Source: Thermodesulfobacteriota bacterium
Lineage (GTDB): Bacteria; Desulfobacterota; Desulfobacteria; Desulfobacterales; C00003060
Reading direction: 5' to 3'
Assembly: GCA_034189385.1 (NCBI GenBank)
Contig: JAXHVD010000003.1
Span: 157,336 to 221,335 of the forward strand
Length of the DNA: 64,000 nucleotides
The position numbers and the translations under genes were made by a program. This document shows positions 10,177 to 20,235 of the stretch, piece by piece (the first letter of the stretch is position 1; each line of letters starts with the position of its first letter). Under the pieces are notes generated by a model. It did no database searches. It worked only from the letters and a program-made list of their open reading frames with translations, and was not told the origin of the DNA.

Positions 10177-11445
10177 TCAGACGCCCAAATCATGTATGAC
10201 GGCCTCGGCGGCCTTCCCTCCGGAATAGAGCGCCCATTGAATGGACGGGACATTCTGGTATTCTCCACACACGTAGACACCCTTCCTGACACGAGGATCG
10301 ACTCCCAGCGGATCAGGTGTGGGGGGGCTTTGTAGGGGCAGGCCGTGGGCGATGTAAAAGGTCTTCAACAGCCGCCAGATACGGGTTCTCTCTCCATACC
10401 AACGGGCCAGCTCTTCTCTTACATCTCTTTCAAGGGACTCTGCGTCTTCCACCGAGGCGTGGAGCACCGTCACCACGATCAAAGACTGCCCGCGCGGCGC
10501 ATAGGAGGGGGCCACATTGCTCACAACGCTCAAGTTGTTGATAAGACCGTCCCCGTCTCCATTGATCACCAGGAGCTTATCCCGAAGGGGAGGTTCTGAA
10601 GCGGCAAAATAGAGACAATGGACCCCGCATGACGGCCCTAAGACACCTGTCTGGAGCAGTCTGCTGGCCTGCGGGCCATTCGTAGCCACGACAACACCCC
10701 GACAGGGGATGCTTGGCCCCCCCTCAAGCTTGACCCAGCCTTCGCCCACGGCATCAACGACGGTGCCAACGCGAATAGACCCTTCAGGGATGTCTGCTGC
10801 CAACTGGGACGGAATGGCGGCCATGCCTTTTGCAGGCAGTGCTGCATCTCCGAGGGCCAGTATCTTGAAGACGAATTCAAAAACCCGGCTCGATGCGGAA
10901 ATGTTCGGGTCCAGGCATACGCCGCTGAAAAAAGGCCTGAAAAAGGTCTCTATCATTCTATCCGAAAAACCCTCTTTTCTAAGATAGTCCAGGGTCGGCA
11001 TCTCGGCACGGCAAAAAAGGACCCGCTCGTCCAGCCGCCGTATGCGGTTGACCAGCCGAACAAGGCGCCATTTGTCTCCCGGGGTTCCCACAGGCGATAG
11101 GAGCGTGTCCAAGGCGTACCGCGGGCATCTGAGAGGGTCTGCCACACGATAGAACCTTTTTCTGAAACGGATCACTGCTCCCGAGTCAAAGGCCCGGAGC
11201 CTCAACAGGGGGTAGTTGAGGGTCTTTTTGGCTTCCGAGTAGGCCCTCTGCAACACCTGAAAACCGTGGTCCAGGACAAAACCGTCTACCCGGTCTGTCT
11301 TCAGTCGCCCCCCAATTCTGTCACAAGCTTCCAGCACGGTAACCGAAAACCCTTCTTTGGAAAGCCTCCTGGCGCAGGCCAATCCCGCGAGCCCCGCACC
11401 GACCACAATCACATCATTGGCCAGTCTGGATTTCCTTGCCTCCAT
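10177..11445 (-). CDS. FAD-dependent oxidoreductase (amine oxidase/phytoene dehydrogenase-like)
   Basis: VIVVGAGLAGL, GGRLKTD..DGFVLDHGFQV, SIQWALYSG. Confidence 0.85.
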   Translation of the reverse strand: MEARKSRLANDVIVVGAGLAGLACARRLSKEGFSVTVLEACDRIGGRLKTDRVDGFVLDHGFQVLQRAYSEAKKTLNYPLLRLRAFDSGAVIRFRKRFYRVADPLRCPRYALDTLLSPVGTPGDKWRLVRLVNRIRRLDERVLFCRAEMPTLDYLRKEGFSDRMIETFFRPFFSGVCLDPNISASSRVFEFVFKILALGDAALPAKGMAAIPSQLAADIPEGSIRVGTVVDAVGEGWVKLEGGPSIPCRGVVVATNGPQASRLLQTGVLGPSCGVHCLYFAASEPPLRDKLLVINGDGDGLINNLSVVSNVAPSYAPRGQSLIVVTVLHASVEDAESLERDVREELARWYGERTRIWRLLKTFYIAHGLPLQSPPTPDPLGVDPRVRKGVYVCGEYQNVPSIQWALYSGGKAAEAVIHDLGV

Positions 11446-11502
11446 GTCTGCCTACCTTTCCTGTTTGAATGCAGTTCATAAAATACCCTATTGATCATAA
11501 AC

Positions 11503-11522
11503 AAATACACACTTTACCCCAT
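11503..11522 (+). promoter_or_regulatory. Conserved upstream motif copy 3 (AAATACA-CACTTT-ACCCCAT)
   Basis: Upstream of Sec-peroxiredoxin; AAATAC 22 bp upstream. Confidence 0.7.
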
Positions 11523-11605
11523 TGTGGCCACACAAATTCCATGATTTGAAGGAGAGGGAAATCTCGCATGGCCGGTGACCTTCCGGTGATAGAGAGGGGG
11601 GTGAG

Positions 11606-12124
11606 ATGAACAGATTCATACCGTTTATCAGCATACTACTCATGGCAATCACACCGTCTTTGGCATTGGGCCTCCATATCGGTGACACGGCCCCTGTATT
11701 CCAAGCCAGCTCTACAGAGGGAACAATCCGTCTCGTCGACTACCTGGGCAAGAAAAACGTCGTCCTGGCACTCTATTTTGCGGCTTTTACGTCTGTCTGA
11801 ACGGACGAGCTGATCGCTTTCCAGCGGGATCTGGAAAAATTCGAGCACGAAGATGCTATCATTTTGGGCGTAAGCAAAGATAGTATGAAAACAAGCAAAC
11901 GGTTTGCCAAGGAATACGGGATCGGTTTTCCTTTGATATCAGATAGCGACAAGAAAATCAGACGACTCTATGGAGGAGGGCGCGTTACCTATCTCATCGA
12001 CAAGAACGGCGTGATCAGATTCATTCAAAAGGGGGTCCCTGACAACAACCTGTTCCTGAAGGAATTGAAGAGACTACGTGACGCCAACATGGCCATTCAA
12101 GAAGGGGGCAGCACAACAGATTGA
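11606..12124 (+). CDS. Selenocysteine-containing peroxiredoxin (AhpC/TSA, BCP-like) with N-terminal signal-like segment
   Basis: ORFs 11606..11800 and 11864..12124 are in frame across TGA 11798-11800, giving FTSV-U-TDEL at the peroxidatic Cys position; hairpin TTTCCAG-CGGGAT-CTGGAAA just downstream. Confidence 0.9.
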
Positions 12125-12202
12125 AGCGCCCTGCAGCAAGCTGTTATGCAACGGGCTCTGTTGCGGTTCAACGGAAGCATACAAAGGGAGGTGACAAGCG
12201 AC

Positions 12203-12529
12203 ATGGAAGACGCCACTATCATACGCGTTTCTGCGCAAGAGGCAAAAGAGATGGTTGAGGCAGAATCAGGTCTGCTGGTCTGTGCCTATGATGACGAAGA
12301 CAAATTCAAGCGAAATCATCTATCAGGCGCGATATCGCTTGCCGAATTCAGATCAAGACTCACATCCATCCCCCGAGACCGAGAAATCGTCTTCTACTGT
12401 GCCTGACCCAAAGAAGCGAGTGCTGCCGGGCGCGCAGTGGAATACTTGAAGATGGGCTACGACAATGTGAAGGTCTTGGGTGGCGGTGTCACGGGCTGGA
12501 AAGAGGCGGGATATCCCATTGAGGATTAA
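12203..12529 (+). CDS. Selenocysteine-containing rhodanese-like protein
   Basis: IVFYCA-U(TGA 12404-12406)-PKEASAAGRA...GYDNVKVLGGGVTGWKEAGYP completes the rhodanese signature; GCTGC/GCAGT hairpin after TGA; RBS GGAGGTG. Confidence 0.9.
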
Positions 12530-12567
12530 CGAGACTTGGGAGCCACTAGAAGGCGAGATCACGCATC

Positions 12568-13002
12568 TTATTCGCCTTCTCCCGTAGCCGAAACGGCAGA
12601 AGGGATCTCATCCTCTAGCATGGCTGCAATGCGAACAATGGCCTGCCTGCAGACCACGACGTAAGGGGCACCGAATATTGGCACTTCAAATGTGAGGCGG
12701 CAGAGGCCTTGAGTGACCTCTTCAACCCGATGGCCCGTGGCACGAATGCCGAAGACTTCCCATGACCAGTACCTCTCATCTTTGAAATCCGTAATGACAA
12801 AGGGGACCCACAGACCCAAGGCGGTCTTCACAAGGCCCCGAGATCCCTTTCGAATCGGACGATCTGAACAACGTACCTGAACAACAGAAGGGCCCCATGC
12901 TGGCCAATGGGTCGTGTCCGTGAGGACGTCCCAAATGGCCCTGCGTGAAGCCCTCACGCAATGGCTAATCTCAATGTGGGGAAAGTTTATTTTCGTCTTC
13001 AT
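12568..13002 (-). CDS. SRPBCC/polyketide cyclase family protein
   Basis: IWDVLTDTTHWPAWGPSV motif and size. Confidence 0.75.
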   Translation of the reverse strand: MKTKINFPHIEISHCVRASRRAIWDVLTDTTHWPAWGPSVVQVRCSDRPIRKGSRGLVKTALGLWVPFVITDFKDERYWSWEVFGIRATGHRVEEVTQGLCRLTFEVPIFGAPYVVVCRQAIVRIAAMLEDEIPSAVSATGEGE

Positions 13003-13178
13003 GTCCGCTCAAAGGGGTGCTATCTACTGTGGTGTCTGAAAAGTGCCTGCAAGAAGCAGGGCGTCGCCATCAAGGCATCTTCCCGGCTTCATGAGCATCT
13101 CCGGGACATGACCGGAGCTTGTAGCCTGGGAACACGCATGCGTTTGAATGAGCCTACCAAAGGAGACAGCAGAATCCT

Positions 13179-13712
13179 ATGAAATACTGCAGCAACTGTG
13201 GCGCTCGGGTGACTGCTCGCATTCCCTCCGGGGATGATCGGCCCCGTTTTGTCTGTGACACCTGCCAGGTCATCCATTATGAAAACCCCAACATCGTCGT
13301 CGGGTCCATACCGGAACTTGACGACCGAATCCTTTTTTGTCGCCGTGCCATCAGACCACGTCTCGGAAAATGGACGATCCCTGCGGGCTATCTTGAAAAC
13401 GGGGAGACCCTTGTGGAGGCTGCTAAACGGGAGGCCTTTGAAGAGGCCAGAGCCAAGCTCACAGACCTGATGCCTTATGCATTACTCAACCTCACCTTTG
13501 TGAATCAGGTCTATGTCATCTTCCGCGGCCGTTTGACCGATCATGACTACCGGCCCGGCGCCGAGAGCTCAGAGGTTAAGTTGTTGGCAGAGCATGAGAT
13601 TCCTTGGGACGATCTGGCCTTTTCTTCCATACGGGAGGCCCTAAAACGGTACTTCATAGACCGCAGAAAGGGGACTTTTCCTCTCCATATGGCAGACATC
13701 CAGCCTGATTAA
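13179..13712 (+). CDS. Nudix hydrolase with N-terminal zinc ribbon
   Basis: CSNCG..CDTC; Nudix box GYLENGETLVEAAKREAFEEA. Confidence 0.9.
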   Translation: MKYCSNCGARVTARIPSGDDRPRFVCDTCQVIHYENPNIVVGSIPELDDRILFCRRAIRPRLGKWTIPAGYLENGETLVEAAKREAFEEARAKLTDLMPYALLNLTFVNQVYVIFRGRLTDHDYRPGAESSEVKLLAEHEIPWDDLAFSSIREALKRYFIDRRKGTFPLHMADIQPD

Positions 13713-13744
13713 TCAAAGGCCAAATTACTCCCTTTTTCAGTGCA

Positions 13745-13764
13745 AAATACAGTTTTTACCCCAT
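13745..13764 (+). promoter_or_regulatory. Conserved upstream motif copy 4 (AAATACA-GTTTTT-ACCCCAT)
   Basis: Upstream of the operon starting at 13861; AAATTAC 22 bp upstream. Confidence 0.7.
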
Positions 13765-13860
13765 ATGCCACCCCGGAGGTTCGTGCCATGCTCTCCCATG
13801 AGACGAAGTCTTAGATAGCAGGAAAAAAATTCCATACGATTGCCATGAGGAGGTGCTAAG

Positions 13861-14241
13861 ATGAATCTGAAAGACTACTTTGAACAGGCTAAAGGACTCG
13901 GGGCGCTTGCTACGGCAGATTCAGAGGGAAAGGTGGATGTGGCTGTCTATTCCCGGCCCCACGTGATGGATTCTGAGACCGTGGCCTTTGTTATGCGAGA
14001 TCGCCTGACCCATCATAACCTCCAGTCCAACCCCCATGCCGCTTATCTCTTCAAGGAAGCGGGGGAAAAATACGTTGGAAAGCGGCTTTTCTTAACCAAG
14101 ATTCGCGAAGAGCAGGATACTGATTTGGCTTACGAACTCAGGAGAAGAAAATACCCCGACGACAAAAAAGAACCGCTCTTCCTGGTCTTTTTTCGTATTG
14201 ACCAGATCCTGCCGCTTGTGGGTCCCGGAGACGGTGAGTAG
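13861..14241 (+). CDS. Pyridoxamine 5'-phosphate oxidase-like FMN-binding protein
   Basis: LATADSEGKVDVAVYSRPH, THHNLQSNPHA; RBS GGAGG. Confidence 0.8.
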   Translation: MNLKDYFEQAKGLGALATADSEGKVDVAVYSRPHVMDSETVAFVMRDRLTHHNLQSNPHAAYLFKEAGEKYVGKRLFLTKIREEQDTDLAYELRRRKYPDDKKEPLFLVFFRIDQILPLVGPGDGE

Positions 14242-14713
14242 GAGGCCATCATTGGGGCAGCGTTTCAGAGTCTTCTTTCACTTCCTGGCGTTGTCCCTCA
14301 TGTTGTCAAACTGCTCAGCAACTAAACCAGATGATTTGGGATGTACTGACGGCAGGCTATCTCCTTGTCCAGATTCACCGAATTGCGTCTCTTCGCAGAG
14401 TTCAGACAAGGCCCACTATATAGAGCCTCTTACCTATAGGGGAACGTTGACAGAGGCCAGGAAGGCCCTAGTGTCGGTGATTGCTCGATGGCCTCACAGT
14501 GAGATAGTCCAGGCGACGGATGACTATGTCCGTGCGGAGTTCACCTCCAGGTTCTTTGGTTTTGTCGATGACGTTGAGTTTTGCATGGATGATGATCTGA
14601 ACATGATTCATGTCCGATCGTCATCACGCGTGGGCTATTTTGATTTTGGGGTAAACAGAAAAAGGATTGAGCGCCTTCGAGCCAAGTTTGCGGCACCGAG
14701 AACAGAGGATTGA
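14198..14713 (+). CDS. DUF1499 family protein (second paralog)
   Basis: PCPDSPNCVSSQ, FGFVDDVEF, RSSSRVGYFDFGVNRKR; true start probably downstream of 14198. Confidence 0.85.
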   Translation: MTRSCRLWVPETVSRRPSLGQRFRVFFHFLALSLMLSNCSATKPDDLGCTDGRLSPCPDSPNCVSSQSSDKAHYIEPLTYRGTLTEARKALVSVIARWPHSEIVQATDDYVRAEFTSRFFGFVDDVEFCMDDDLNMIHVRSSSRVGYFDFGVNRKRIERLRAKFAAPRTED

Positions 14714-14716
14714 GAC

Positions 14717-15433
14717 ATGGCCAGAAAACCAAGTTACGAAGCGCTGCAACAGCGTGTCAAGGAATTGGAAAAGGAAGCCGGTGAGCGCCTTCGCATGGAG
14801 CGGGAGTTGCTCAAGCTCTCCCACGCGGTGAATCATAGTCCCAGTGCCATCATGATCACAGATGCTCATGGGATCATCGAATATGTGAATCCGAAATTCG
14901 TGGACATGACCGGTTTTACCGCCCAAGAAGTCCTGGGAAAGAATGCCGGGGATTTGGGTGAACAATCGGCTGAAGAAGAGGAGAAGATGTGGCAGGTCCT
15001 TAAGTCGGGCGGCGAGTGGCGAGGTGAATTTCTGAACAAAAAGAAAGATGGCAAACGTTACTGGGAACGGGCGTCCATTTCATCCATGAAGGACCCCGAC
15101 GGTGGGATTACCCATTACGTAAAGGTGGCTGAAGACATCACGGACCTCAAACGCGCACAACAGGAGTTAAGAGAGAGCCAGGAGGCGTTATATGAACATC
15201 AAAAGCGTCTAGGGATATTGAAATTCGCCAATGACATGGCCCTCCGGCTCATGCATGAGTTGCGAAATCCACTGGTATCGATTGGTGGCTTTTCTAAAAG
15301 GATTGCCGATGGTCACTATGGGGAAGATAACTTGACCAAATACACGAAAATCATATTCGAAGAGGCCAAGAAACTCGACCAGGCCGTCAGTGAGTTGCTT
15401 GTGCAACTAGAGACTACTGCCCACAAGGCATAG
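14717..15433 (+). CDS. PAS/PAC + HisKA protein lacking a HATPase domain
   Basis: PAS/PAC (IEYVNPKF...NKKKDGKRYW..EDIT), H-box HELRNPL, stop right after the DHp helices. Confidence 0.8.
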   Translation: MARKPSYEALQQRVKELEKEAGERLRMERELLKLSHAVNHSPSAIMITDAHGIIEYVNPKFVDMTGFTAQEVLGKNAGDLGEQSAEEEEKMWQVLKSGGEWRGEFLNKKKDGKRYWERASISSMKDPDGGITHYVKVAEDITDLKRAQQELRESQEALYEHQKRLGILKFANDMALRLMHELRNPLVSIGGFSKRIADGHYGEDNLTKYTKIIFEEAKKLDQAVSELLVQLETTAHKA

Positions 15434-15469
15434 GATCTCTTTACCTCCTTGCTGAAGGGACAATGCCCC

Positions 15470-16246
15470 ATGACTCCAGCTGTTTTTGTCTCCCATGGCA
15501 TGCCAGCCATTGCTGTCCAGCCAGAACCGACGCACTATTTTTTTCGGGAGCTTGGACAGACATTGGGTCGCCCTAAGGCTGTAGTCTGCGTTTCTGCCCA
15601 TTGGGAAGCAGTCCGCCCCCTTGTGACAGGCACAAGCGCGCCGCAGACGATACACGATTTCTCCGGGCCCCCCATTCTTTTCGAAAAAGACTATCCAGCG
15701 CCTGGCAACCCGGACCTCGCCCAGGATGCAGTGGCCTTGTTGACCCAGGCGGGCATTGATGCCGCCACCGATCCTTCCCGAGGCCTTGATCATGGCGTGT
15801 GGGTGCCACTCATACTCATGTATCCGGAAGCAGATATCCCCGTGGTGCAGATTTCCGTTCAGACAGAGCTCGATCCACAGCATCATCTGAAGCTGGGAAG
15901 GGCCCTGCAACCCCTCAGAGAAGGCGGGGTATTGGTTCTGGGAAGTGGTGGTGCCACCCACAACCTGCCGGAGATACACCAATACAGAGTTCACTCCCGC
16001 CCGGCAGAGTATGCTCTAGACTTCGACACCTGGCTGGAAGAGGCCATCCTCGGGGGCCGGGAGGATGCCCTGCTCAACTACAAAGAAGAGGGCCCTTCAG
16101 CCGCAAGGAACCATCCCTATCCTGCCGAGCACTTTTTGCCGCTCTTTGTCCCTCTCGGGGCTGCAGGGCAGGGGGCAACGGGCCGCTTACTCCACAAGGG
16201 ATTCATGTATGGCGTCCTATCCATGGCCGCCTATGCCTGGGATTGA
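15470..16246 (+). CDS. DODA/YgiD-type class III extradiol dioxygenase
   Basis: FVSHG, SAHW, RGLDHGVWVPL, GSGGATHNL, HP..EHFLPL. Confidence 0.9.
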   Translation: MTPAVFVSHGMPAIAVQPEPTHYFFRELGQTLGRPKAVVCVSAHWEAVRPLVTGTSAPQTIHDFSGPPILFEKDYPAPGNPDLAQDAVALLTQAGIDAATDPSRGLDHGVWVPLILMYPEADIPVVQISVQTELDPQHHLKLGRALQPLREGGVLVLGSGGATHNLPEIHQYRVHSRPAEYALDFDTWLEEAILGGREDALLNYKEEGPSAARNHPYPAEHFLPLFVPLGAAGQGATGRLLHKGFMYGVLSMAAYAWD

Positions 16247-16340
16247 CAGTGGGGCCATTGCGGGTTTTTCAGAATGCGTGTGATTCGATGAAGGCCAGGC
16301 GGCACACCATAGCGTAACGCATTGTGGACATGATGATTCC

Positions 16341-17738
16341 CTACGCACGAGGGCCGATGTCCCCCTCAGAAAGAGACCCAATCCGGCGCACGTACGTCTC
16401 AATGTCAAACTTGCGCCGAAGCCCTGCGGCGTTCATATACCTGACCTTGCCGAAGACGGGGCGCTCAGACCAGGCCCGATCGTGTTTGCCCAAACACCAC
16501 GCCACGCCGGCAAATCCGTTGGGGTCTCTTCCATCCAACTCGTACTTATTGTTCAAGTAGAGCGCCGTGCGAAAGGCTTCTTCCGGGGTTTTGCTCCACT
16601 CCAAGATCTTCTTTCCCCAGTACATCCGCATGTAGTTGTGCATCTTGCCCGTTATCACCATTTCCTGTTGCGCTGCGTTCCAGTATGGGTCGTGGGTGCG
16701 GGCCTGCTCCCACGCCTCCACATCGTATATGTACTCACGGTTGTCCTTTTCATGGGCCCTCAGGGTTTCTCTGGCCCAGCCCGGCAGTGCCTGGTACGCA
16801 TCATAGTGCGGGTTGTAGTAAACAAAGTTCATGCTCAATTCTCGCCGCACGATCAGCTCTTCAAGGTACGCCTCTTTTGCTCCTTTTGGCTTGCCTCTTG
16901 CCCGGCGCACCTCGAGGCCAATCTCAACGGGAGAGATCTGCCCGAAATGGAGATACGGACTCATGTGTGAGCCATAGTCTGTACTGGGGTCGTTCCTGCG
17001 GTCCGCGTAGTATTTCAGCTTTTCCTTGATGAAGAGGTGGAGCAGCCCCATGGCCTCCTTTCTCCCGCCAGAGAAGGTCTCCACCGGAGAGACGCTTCGG
17101 TCCAGAGTGAGTCCACGGAGCGCCCCTTTCACGTCTTCCACATCCAGGCCCTCGTATGAAAGACCCAGGGAGTCTTTCTCCACAGGGGTTGATTTTAGGG
17201 AAACCAGATAGCGTTTCAGGTGCTTCTGAATCCGCGGCCGCAAGATGGCTGCAGTATAGGCCTCCTTTTCAGAAGCCACGGCAACAGGAACAACCACGTC
17301 GCTTTCCACTTGGACCACCAGACACGGGGCGTGGTCAGCCACGTGACGGCGCCACCCCTTCTGAATCCTAAGATACCCCCTGTCGGTCACCACCATGGAG
17401 GCGTCTTTGGAAAACTGGACGGCTGCAAGCTCGGGCGAGTCACGAAGGGCTACAAACTGAATGCCCCGCTGGTAGAGTCCTTCATGAACCTCCCGGAGCC
17501 CCTGAAGCATAAAGGCGTAGTGTCTCTCATTGGCCTCAGGAAAACGGTCGGTGATGCCGAAAAGAACGACGACCGGCCGCCTCAGTCCATTGGCTTGTCC
17601 GATGGCATACTCTAAGGCGTGGTTGAAGACCACTCTTTGAGAGGCCTGCATCCAGTAGAGGACATAGCGCCCCTTTTGGATGGGGCGATCATTCAATGGT
17701 TCCACCCGTTCCCGTTGAATCATGAGGCCCCCTGTCAC
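16341..17738 (-). CDS. phr: Class II CPD DNA photolyase
   Basis: VLYWM, SPYLHFGQIS, EELIVRREL, GKMHNYMRMYWGKKILEW, DGRDPNG. Confidence 0.95.
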   Translation of the reverse strand: MTGGLMIQRERVEPLNDRPIQKGRYVLYWMQASQRVVFNHALEYAIGQANGLRRPVVVLFGITDRFPEANERHYAFMLQGLREVHEGLYQRGIQFVALRDSPELAAVQFSKDASMVVTDRGYLRIQKGWRRHVADHAPCLVVQVESDVVVPVAVASEKEAYTAAILRPRIQKHLKRYLVSLKSTPVEKDSLGLSYEGLDVEDVKGALRGLTLDRSVSPVETFSGGRKEAMGLLHLFIKEKLKYYADRRNDPSTDYGSHMSPYLHFGQISPVEIGLEVRRARGKPKGAKEAYLEELIVRRELSMNFVYYNPHYDAYQALPGWARETLRAHEKDNREYIYDVEAWEQARTHDPYWNAAQQEMVITGKMHNYMRMYWGKKILEWSKTPEEAFRTALYLNNKYELDGRDPNGFAGVAWCLGKHDRAWSERPVFGKVRYMNAAGLRRKFDIETYVRRIGSLSEGDIGPRA

Positions 17739-17741
17739 GGA

Positions 17742-19295
17742 TCAGGACATCTTCTCTTGCAGACCTTTCGCCTGAGCGCGAATGGCCTGCTGCCTTTCTC
17801 TTGACAACCTGTCAAGGTTCCTAAACTGCAACCCCATTCGTGGGTTCTTTCTCAGGAACGTCTGGTGACGCATCAGGAAATCCCAATACAACGTGGTAAA
17901 GGGACAGGCAGCCTTAGACACCGCCTGCGATGGATCATAGGGACAAGCCGTGCAGTAATTGCTCATGCGCTGAATGTATTTTCCCGTGGCCACGTAAGGC
18001 TTTGAAGCCATGATACCGCCGTCTGCAAACTGTGACATCCCCAGGGTGTTGGGCAGCTCCACCCATTCCACGGCATCCACGTAGACCGCTAGATACCACT
18101 TGTGCACCTCTTGCGGCTTCACGCCCAAAAGGAGGGCAAAGAGGCCTGTCACCATCAATCTCTGGATGTGATGGGCGTAACCGTACGAGAGGGTCTGCCC
18201 GATGGTCTCTCGAAGACAAAGCATGTCCGTCTCCCCAGTCCAATAAAACCGAGGCAACGGCGCCTGTGCATCTAACCGGTTCAGGTCTCCGTATTCCGGC
18301 ATGAAGTGCCAGTATATCCCCCGAACGTATTCTCGCCATCCCAGAATCTGTCTGACGAAACCCTCTGCGGCATTCAACGGGGCGCGGCCCTCCTCATGGG
18401 CCCTTTCCGCTGCAGCCAAGACTTTTCTGGGATCGATCAGTTTCAGATTCAAGGAGGAAGACAGCCGCGAATGGAAGAGATAGGGACTGCCGGCCCACAT
18501 GGCGTCCTGGTACAGCCCAAATGCGGGCAGGCGGTTTTCCACAAAGTCTGAAAGGGCTTGAGACGCCTGGCGTGGTGTCACGGGCCAGTCAAAATGTGCC
18601 AGACTCCCCGGGTGCCCCGAAAACCGTTTCTCTACAAGCTTCTTGACTTCTCGGGTGGTCTTGTCCGGCCGGAAGGATCTAGGTGGAGAGACTCTTCCCG
18701 GGCCTTCTTTACCGAATGGCTGCCGATTCTCTGCGTCGTAGTTCCATTTGCCTCCCAGGGGCCCATCGCCGTCCATGAGGATGCCGGTTTTACGACGCAT
18801 CTTTCGGTAAAAAAACTCCATTCTCAATTGCTTGCGCTCACCTGCATACTCAGAAAACGTCTGGCCTGTAGAAAAGAAGTGTCGATCCGACCGCATCTCT
18901 ATGGGTAACCCTTTAGTCTTTGCCGCTTCCACCAGGGCCTGTTTCACCCTCCATTCCCCAGGCTCTGCCAGAATCAGCCTCTGGGGGTTGAGGCTTGCGA
19001 TGGCGGCTTTCAGTGCCAACGAAAAGGTTTCGCGGTTCTCTGGACCGTCTAGCTGGCTGTAGTGGACCGTCATACCCTTTCGCCGAAGGGCATCCCGAAA
19101 GTGCCTCATGGCGCTCAAAAATAGGGTGATGCGGGCCTTGTGTGACCATACATAGATGGATTCCTCTGGGATCTCCGCCATCCACACGGCATCATCAGCG
19201 GCATTGAATCCGTCAAAGGCCGAGGAGTCCGAATTGAGTTGATCGCCCAGCACCAAGATGAGATGGCGGGGCTTTTTGCGAGGATCGTAGGACAT
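17742..19295 (-). CDS. FeS-BCP cryptochrome/(6-4) photolyase (Agrobacterium PhrB/CryB-like)
   Basis: LVLGDQL, GGKWNYDAENR, RQILGWREY, YAHHIQRLM, KPY..GKYI.RMSNYC..C, CPFTTLYW. Confidence 0.92.
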   Translation of the reverse strand: MSYDPRKKPRHLILVLGDQLNSDSSAFDGFNAADDAVWMAEIPEESIYVWSHKARITLFLSAMRHFRDALRRKGMTVHYSQLDGPENRETFSLALKAAIASLNPQRLILAEPGEWRVKQALVEAAKTKGLPIEMRSDRHFFSTGQTFSEYAGERKQLRMEFFYRKMRRKTGILMDGDGPLGGKWNYDAENRQPFGKEGPGRVSPPRSFRPDKTTREVKKLVEKRFSGHPGSLAHFDWPVTPRQASQALSDFVENRLPAFGLYQDAMWAGSPYLFHSRLSSSLNLKLIDPRKVLAAAERAHEEGRAPLNAAEGFVRQILGWREYVRGIYWHFMPEYGDLNRLDAQAPLPRFYWTGETDMLCLRETIGQTLSYGYAHHIQRLMVTGLFALLLGVKPQEVHKWYLAVYVDAVEWVELPNTLGMSQFADGGIMASKPYVATGKYIQRMSNYCTACPYDPSQAVSKAACPFTTLYWDFLMRHQTFLRKNPRMGLQFRNLDRLSRERQQAIRAQAKGLQEKMS

Positions 19296-19749
19296 GAAAC
19301 CCGATCATTCTCTCAATCGTTGGTAACGTTCAAAACTTGCGGAAAAGGCCTTAAGCAGGCAGTTAGAGGGATAGGGATGATCGCTTAACGCAGGCATACA
19401 GCCATTGCCATCTGCACCAATGGCATAGGCTACCTAAAGGCATTGGATGCCGAAGAGACGTGATTATCCCTATCCCGAAGTCGGTTGTCCAGAAATCCAC
19501 TAAGTCAACACTTTTGAACGTTACTCAATCGTTGCTAAACAATGGTGCCCCAAGGGGCGGGGCCTATCCTCTGTCCCACATACAAAGGCCCGTCTTTCAG
19601 GCACAGAATCAGCCCCTTCGTTTCCTTCTCCTAGTCGGTTGACACTGCAAACCAACTTATAGCAGAATATGACCAAGACAAACAGGGATGATGCCGCAAA
19701 CGCGGGCGTGATTGGAAAGGCCAGGACCGGGATCTGGGGGTTTTTCGCC

Positions 19750-20235
19750 ATGAATACAGAATCGGACGCTCAGACAGACCAATACGACAAGGAGCAAGGG
19801 CTGAAAGCGCGCCTTAAGGCCCTCTTTTCGTCTCAGAGATTTGCCGTTCTTGCCACGCAAAAAGACGGTCAGCCATCTACCAACCTGGTGGCCTTTGCCG
19901 CCACAGATGATCTCAGGCAATTGCTCTTTGTTACCCCCCGGGCCACCCGCAAATTTGCCAACCTTGCCAGTGACGCCCACGTTGCTATCATGATAGACAA
20001 CCGGCAAAACCTGGTTTCAGACCTCCGTGACGCCATGGCCGTCACGGCCACAGGGGCGGCTGAGGTGGTGGTGGGCCCTGAAAAAGAGGCCCTATTGGGG
20101 TTGTACCTCTCCAAACACCCGTTTTTGGAAACATTTGCAAGGGCCCCCTCTTGCGCTCTCTTGAAGATCTCCGTTAAGACCTACGACATTGCAGGAGCAT
20201 TCCAAAACGTGATGGAGCTGAAGATGATGCCATGA
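19750..20235 (+). CDS. Pyridoxamine 5'-phosphate oxidase family protein
   Basis: FAVLAT..GQP..NLVAF, TPRATRKFANL; start uncertain (19669 or 19750). Confidence 0.8.
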   Translation: MNTESDAQTDQYDKEQGLKARLKALFSSQRFAVLATQKDGQPSTNLVAFAATDDLRQLLFVTPRATRKFANLASDAHVAIMIDNRQNLVSDLRDAMAVTATGAAEVVVGPEKEALLGLYLSKHPFLETFARAPSCALLKISVKTYDIAGAFQNVMELKMMP

